From the NCBI GenBank assembly GCA_900696645.1, contig CAADGV010000007.1:195029-259028 (forward strand): a DNA stretch of 64,000 nucleotides, in the 5' to 3' direction. Numbering within the stretch: position 1 is the stretch's first letter; each line of letters opens with the position of its first letter. Positions 59,058 through 64,000 of the stretch are shown here, piece after piece. This DNA is from an uncultured Chlorobiota bacterium. GTDB taxonomy: Bacteria; Bacteroidota; Ignavibacteria; UBA10030; UBA6906. The translations under genes were made by a program, and so were the position numbers. The notes beneath the pieces were generated by a model that did no database searches, had not been told where the DNA came from, and saw only the letters and a program-made list of their open reading frames with translations.

Positions 59058-59849
59058 ATGAGATTGTCAGAAATCAATATCTATCCCATCAAGTCGTGCG
59101 GGCTAATATCGTTGAACGAGGCCGAACTTGAACCACGAGGCCTGCAACATGATCGTCGCTGGCTTGTTGTGGATGATCGGGGAATGTTCATGACGCAACG
59201 CGACTTCCCCCGCATGACGCTGATTTCAATTCAAGTAAAGTCTGACGGCCTGTTTGTGCAAGCGCCGGAGATGGAGCCGCTCTTGGTTCCGTTTGCGACG
59301 GAATCCCGCGAACATATCCCTGTTGTGATATGGAATGACAGTCTCAAAGCGATGCCGGTTGATGGGATGTCTGCGGAGTGGTTCAGCAAATTCCTCGGCG
59401 TGCGCTGTAAGTTGGTGGCAATGACAGATCGCTCGGTTCGTCCTGTTGACAAGAGTTACGCCATCGGCGAAGATGTCGTCAGCTTTGCGGACGGATTTCC
59501 GATGCTGTTGATTTCCGAGGCATCGCTTGCCGATCTCAACTCACGGCTTGACGTTCCGATTCCGATGAAACGCTTTCGCCCGAATCTTGTTGTGGAAGGT
59601 TGCGAGCCTTTTGCCGAAGATACGTGGAAAGAAATCGCAGTCGGCGATGTCCGTATGTATGTTGTGAAACCCTGCGCCCGCTGCACGATTACAACTGTGG
59701 ATACGGCGACAGGGGAAAAAGACCGGGAGCCGCTGCGAACTCTTGCAACATACCGTTCCGTAGGAAATCAGGTGATGTTCGGGCAGAATGTCATTCACGC
59801 AAGCCGTGGAAGAATACGCGTCGGCGACGAAGTACGGGTGATCCGATGA
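59058..59849 (+). CDS. MOSC-domain protein (YcbX/mARC-like)
   Basis: IYPIKSC, DRRW, FADGFP, RFRPNL, CARC. Confidence 0.94.
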   Translation: MRLSEINIYPIKSCGLISLNEAELEPRGLQHDRRWLVVDDRGMFMTQRDFPRMTLISIQVKSDGLFVQAPEMEPLLVPFATESREHIPVVIWNDSLKAMPVDGMSAEWFSKFLGVRCKLVAMTDRSVRPVDKSYAIGEDVVSFADGFPMLLISEASLADLNSRLDVPIPMKRFRPNLVVEGCEPFAEDTWKEIAVGDVRMYVVKPCARCTITTVDTATGEKDREPLRTLATYRSVGNQVMFGQNVIHASRGRIRVGDEVRVIR

Positions 59850-60844
59850 ATCGTTCAGACAAGACGGTTCGATACGGTATCACGGGATTTGGCCGCTTTG
59901 CGGAAAAAGCAATTGCTCCCGCGATCCAACAATCTCACAATTCAACACTTGTCGCAATTCACAACCGGTCGATGGCAAAGGCGAAAGACGCGGCATCCGC
60001 ATTGAATATTCCTCTCGCATTCAATTCTGTTTCCAATCTTGTCGCCCACCCCGATGTTGATGCTGTGTTTATCGTTTCGGCGAATTCAGCCCACTGCGAG
60101 GAGACTATTCTGGCCGCAGAAGCAGGGAAGCACGTTCTTTGCGAAAAGCCAATGGCGATGAATGTTGCGGAATGTGAACGCATGATTGAAGCCTGCAAGC
60201 AGAACAACGTCAAACTGATGGTGGGGCACATGGTCCGTCTCTCGCCTCTTGTGAAAAGAATGAAGGAACTTGTTCAATCGGGGGCAATCGGAAAAATCAT
60301 CCGGGCGGAATCGGATTTTGTGTATGACGGGAGGCTCAGTTCCCGTGCATGGCTTCTCGACAGAAAGGTGGCGGGAGGCGGTCCAACATTCGATGTCGGA
60401 GTACACTGTCTCGATACGTTGAGATATGTTCTGGATGATGAAGTGATTTCTGTGAAAGGAGAATTGGAACCGGTTGCTGACGGGAGTCGTACCGAGAGTT
60501 CGTCACAGCTTCTTTTGCGTTTCTTTCGCGGGACGATCGCAACGATCTTTTCATCGTATGCGTCGCCGATTCGTGAGAGCCGGATTGAGATCATCGGCAC
60601 AGAGGCGAGAATCTCGAGCGTTGACTTCACCGTGAGCGGATGCCAATCCCAACTACGAATCGAGAAACGAAGTACCGGCGGCACTCCCGATATTGTTATC
60701 GAGGAGTTTGATGTTCCAAATCTGTATACCGGGGAAGTGAACCTTTTCTACGATTGTATTATCAACAACACCGAGCCTTCGCTGAGTGCAGAGAATGCCG
60801 TCAAAAACCAGTACGTGCTGGATCAGGCAATGGCGCTTCACTAA
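59846..60844 (+). CDS. Gfo/Idh/MocA-family oxidoreductase
   Basis: GFGRFA Rossmann motif, GKHVLCEKP, GGG..FDVGVH; ATGA overlap with the MOSC stop. Confidence 0.92.
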   Translation: MNRSDKTVRYGITGFGRFAEKAIAPAIQQSHNSTLVAIHNRSMAKAKDAASALNIPLAFNSVSNLVAHPDVDAVFIVSANSAHCEETILAAEAGKHVLCEKPMAMNVAECERMIEACKQNNVKLMVGHMVRLSPLVKRMKELVQSGAIGKIIRAESDFVYDGRLSSRAWLLDRKVAGGGPTFDVGVHCLDTLRYVLDDEVISVKGELEPVADGSRTESSSQLLLRFFRGTIATIFSSYASPIRESRIEIIGTEARISSVDFTVSGCQSQLRIEKRSTGGTPDIVIEEFDVPNLYTGEVNLFYDCIINNTEPSLSAENAVKNQYVLDQAMALH

Positions 60845-60865
60845 CCCGCCACTCGAACAACGGCA

Positions 60866-62425
60866 ATGAACAAACAAACATTTGGCTCCCTCCTCGGAGC
60901 TACCCTCTTCGCCGTGTTGGTGTTTCTGCCTCCCTTTGAAACATTCCGCGTGGCAGCACAACTGTTCGCAGGCGACCAGCACGCTACTCATATTGACATT
61001 CTTGCCCGCTCGATGCAACTCATATCGGGATTGATGGGCTTGATGGTGATCTGGTGGATTACCGAAGTGATGAAACTGGCATACACAGCCTTGCTTCCCC
61101 TTGTCATTCTTCCCCTGTTCGGCGTTATCGGATTGAGCAACAATCAATTGCATGAGTTCAGCATCATCAATACGGCGAAGAACTACTTCAGCCCCGTTGT
61201 GATGCTCTTCTTCGGCGGGTTCCTGCTGGCGGGGGCGATGCGTCGATGGAAACTTGACAGACGGCTGACGCTTTGGATTCTGACGCGGGGTCGGCTCGCT
61301 GAAGATTCCCGCAAGACGTTATTCGGCATGATGGTAGTATCGGCGATTTCTTCGATGTGGATTTCGAACACAGCAACTTGCGCGATGTTGCTGCCACTTA
61401 GCGTAGGTATTCTTACCTACATCGGAGCCGAGCCGGGCAAGTCAAACTTCGGCAAGGCGTTAATGTTGGGAATTGCGTGGGCTGCATCAATCGGCGGCAT
61501 GGGAACGTTGATTGGCACACCCCCCAACGGAATAGCAGTCGGAATTCTCAATACGGCGTTTGCTGGCGATCCAACATACCAGCGCATTACGTTCCTCGAC
61601 TGGATGAAATTTGGAGTTCCTTACGTTATCCTTTTCCTTCCTGTAGCATGGTTTGTTCTCCTGAAAGTCTTTCCTCCTGAAGTCTCATCGTTCGAAGGGG
61701 GAAAGAAGAGGTTGATGGAAGAATTCCGTACACTCGGCCCGATGACAAGGGGAGAAAAGGGATCAATAGTAGTTTTCTTTTGTGCCGTCGTTTTGTGGCT
61801 GGCACTGCCTTTCCGCGAACAGCTTCTCCCCCAACACATTCTTGCTCACATTACATGGCTTGATGAATACACAACCGGTCTCTTTGCGGGAATGGCTTTG
61901 TTTCTTGTACCCGTCAGCTTTCGCGAGCGCACATTTCTCCTCCATTGGAGAGACTTCAAGTACGTCGAATGGGGCGCGCTTGCGATTGTCGGAGGCGGCA
62001 TTGCCCTGTCGGATGGCATGTTCAAAACCGGATTTGCGGCTTGGTTGGCATCGTCGTTTGTTTCGCTTTTCGGCTCTCCCTCAACAATCGAAATGATGTT
62101 TGCAATTGTCCTGTTTATCGATTTGTTGACCGAGGTGGCAACAAACTCGGCCGTCATTTCCATGATGACACCGGTTGTTATCGCCATTGCGCAAACAACA
62201 GGCGAGAATCCGATAGCGCTCTCCATTGCCGCCGCGCTTGCTTCGTCGATGGCATTCATGCTGCCCGTTGCAACTCCCCCCAACGCCCTTGTGTATGGTA
62301 CGGGGTATATCCAACTCAAGGACATGATTAAGGCGGGATTCATTCTGGACATTTTGGGATGGCTGTTTACCATTGGAATTTTGATGGTTTTCGGCTGGTT
62401 TGTATTCGGAGTATTCTCGCTGTGA
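60866..62425 (+). CDS. SLC13/DASS sodium:dicarboxylate/sulfate symporter
   Basis: SMWISNTAT, IGGMGTLIGTPPN and AFMLPVATPPNA motifs. Confidence 0.93.
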   Translation: MNKQTFGSLLGATLFAVLVFLPPFETFRVAAQLFAGDQHATHIDILARSMQLISGLMGLMVIWWITEVMKLAYTALLPLVILPLFGVIGLSNNQLHEFSIINTAKNYFSPVVMLFFGGFLLAGAMRRWKLDRRLTLWILTRGRLAEDSRKTLFGMMVVSAISSMWISNTATCAMLLPLSVGILTYIGAEPGKSNFGKALMLGIAWAASIGGMGTLIGTPPNGIAVGILNTAFAGDPTYQRITFLDWMKFGVPYVILFLPVAWFVLLKVFPPEVSSFEGGKKRLMEEFRTLGPMTRGEKGSIVVFFCAVVLWLALPFREQLLPQHILAHITWLDEYTTGLFAGMALFLVPVSFRERTFLLHWRDFKYVEWGALAIVGGGIALSDGMFKTGFAAWLASSFVSLFGSPSTIEMMFAIVLFIDLLTEVATNSAVISMMTPVVIAIAQTTGENPIALSIAAALASSMAFMLPVATPPNALVYGTGYIQLKDMIKAGFILDILGWLFTIGILMVFGWFVFGVFSL

Positions 62426-62515
62426 TGTCAACTTTTGCTCCTTTTTTTCGTAGAACGGAACCAACAGCTTTCGCTTACTTGTTTCAGTATCATGGAAAAT
62501 GAGCCGTTCTGTAGA

Positions 62516-64000
62516 ATGAGATTCATGAATTCGATCTGCTGGGTTGTTAGCCTAATCTTTCTTCTCCTTCCAACCGTTGCGGTGTCACAGCCCGTGTCGG
62601 GAACGATTGCCGGCAAGGTCCTTCTTCCCAATGAAGACGGTGCGCCAAATGCAATCGTTACTCTTGAGGATACACGACTTGGCGCTGCGACGACTGAAAC
62701 CGGGTCGTTCGTGATTGAAGATGTTCCACCGGGAACGTACAGGCTCAAAGTGAGATTGATCGGGTATGACCAGGGCGAACTTGCTGTTGTACGTGTCCGG
62801 GCAAACGAAACCACGACTGTTGCCGTGACCCTACGCGAGAATGAAATTGAGCTTGCTCAGATACTCATCACAGCAAGTAGAAGACAAGCCGCCGAGGATA
62901 CGCGACCAAGCGTGACTTCCATGACGCCCAAAGACGCGAAGTACCTTCCGGGCGCTGCGGAAGATGTGTTGCGTGGTTTACAGGCGCTGCCGGGTGTTAC
63001 CAGCGTCAGTGATTTCTCGTCCCAACTCGTTGTACGCGGGTCGGGCCCCGATCAGAATCTGATTATGATTGATGGATTCGAGGTCATCAATCCGTACCGG
63101 CTCTACGGGGTTGTTTCGATGTTCAATCCTGAAACGGTAAGCGATATCAGTTTGCAAACAGGCGGGTTTGCGGCGCAATATGGCGACCGGCTTTCTGCAG
63201 TGATTGATGTGAAGAACCGTGAAGGACGTGGCGACGTGCCGCTGGCCGCAAAGCTTAATTTCAGTCTCACCAACATGAACGTAATCCTCGAAGGCGCCTT
63301 ACCGTTCGACGGGTCGTCGTATCTTCTCTCTCTCCGGAGAACATACTACGATCTCATCCTCGGTCCGGTTCTCAAGAGGAACAAACTTGTGGACGGCGAT
63401 GTTGCATTACCGAATTTTCGTGACTTGCAGTTTCGGGCAAGCATGCCTTTCGGAGAATCGAACAAGATCATTCTCAATGCGCTTACATCGCGTGACGGCG
63501 TCTCTCTCATTTCCGGAGCCGAACGTGATCGCGCCGACAGCGTGAGCTTCTTTGATGAATCCTATAACTCAATGGTTGGCGCAACCTGGCAGTTCAATCC
63601 CGACAAGAACCTGATTGTCAACACGCAGCTTTCGTACTATCAGAACAGAGGAGCAGGCGCTTTCGATGGCACGTTTGTCGATCCTTCGCAGAACTCCGGC
63701 AGTATCGGAAGGGGCGACACGCTGAATCTGAGGTTCGTCCGGTTTGCGGTGGATTATGATTACATCTATACAAAAACCTCTGTGGCCCAGAGACTCTTCT
63801 GGAATTCCGGCAGTCACACAGTGGAGGGAGGGTACGGCGTTGATTTCCTTCGGACGGATTTCATCAGGTATTTTCAGATCGACAAGACGTTGAGAGACTT
63901 CATTGTCCAACGCGGGTTTGCCGTTCCGACGGACGAGACAGAGACAGTTCGTTACACTCGCTACAATGCGTTCTTACAGGATCGAATTTCAATTGATGAT
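62516..64000 (+). CDS. TonB-dependent receptor with N-terminal carboxypeptidase-regulatory-like domain (3'-truncated)
   Basis: Hand translation: signal peptide, GTIAGKV...VPPGTYRLKVRLIGY, plug DVLRGLQALPGV...VRGSGPDQNLIMIDG...GGFAAQYGDRLSAVIDV; absent from the ORF track, consistent with no stop before the window edge. Confidence 0.9.
   Translation, partial: MRFMNSICWVVSLIFLLLPTVAVSQPVSGTIAGKVLLPNEDGAPNAIVTLEDTRLGAATTETGSFVIEDVPPGTYRLKVRLIGYDQGELAVVRVRANETTTVAVTLRENEIELAQILITASRRQAAEDTRPSVTSMTPKDAKYLPGAAEDVLRGLQALPGVTSVSDFSSQLVVRGSGPDQNLIMIDGFEVINPYRLYGVVSMFNPETVSDISLQTGGFAAQYGDRLSAVIDVKNREGRGDVPLAAKLNFSLTNMNVILEGALPFDGSSYLLSLRRTYYDLILGPVLKRNKLVDGDVALPNFRDLQFRASMPFGESNKIILNALTSRDGVSLISGAERDRADSVSFFDESYNSMVGATWQFNPDKNLIVNTQLSYYQNRGAGAFDGTFVDPSQNSGSIGRGDTLNLRFVRFAVDYDYIYTKTSVAQRLFWNSGSHTVEGGYGVDFLRTDFIRYFQIDKTLRDFIVQRGFAVPTDETETVRYTRYNAFLQDRISIDD

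Noticed and set aside
59600..59845. 82-aa extension of the Gfo/Idh/MocA ORF
   Set aside because: It overlaps the MOSC gene; the Rossmann motif starts just after ATG 59846, which is coupled to the MOSC stop.

Overview
Dense, mostly + strand chromosomal segment from an FCB-group bacterium, probably Ignavibacteriota-like (inferred from a T9SS type-A C-terminal domain, a beta-propeller/Y_Y_Y sensor kinase and canonical sigma70 promoters with Shine-Dalgarno sites). In order: (1) a peptidoglycan remodelling/salvage locus (SpoIID/LytB, amidase, AmpG, GT2, DUF4922-like, FHA-lytic transglycosylase, NamZ); (2) housekeeping genes (YmdB-like, folD, ferritin-like, ferredoxins, queG, trxB); (3) a small RHH + membrane protein cassette with its own promoter and operator; (4) a two-component system with a probable local regulon of secreted and outer-membrane proteins; (5) a cytochrome c/cupredoxin module; (6) a putative sigma54-driven 3x Hsp20 + lon cluster; (7) sppA, HU, bS22, an EF-G paralog and an ECF sigma trio; (8) a purine/allantoin catabolic cluster with no uricase or ureidoglycolate lyase in the window but a CitE-like enzyme; (9) murB, 5'-nucleotidase, M13 peptidase, MOSC, oxidoreductase, DASS transporter and a truncated TonB-dependent receptor. 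The most unusual signal is a set of four intergenic elements bounded by 25-35 nt imperfect inverted arms built from an 8-nt repeat (CACnRAGr). One carries an intact GxxExxY (PD-(D/E)XK-like) gene, two carry differently deleted GxxExxY remnants and one is empty, the pattern expected of an autonomous/non-autonomous mobile element family. No rRNA, tRNA or CRISPR array was seen. All calls come from reading motifs by eye; no database searches were run.
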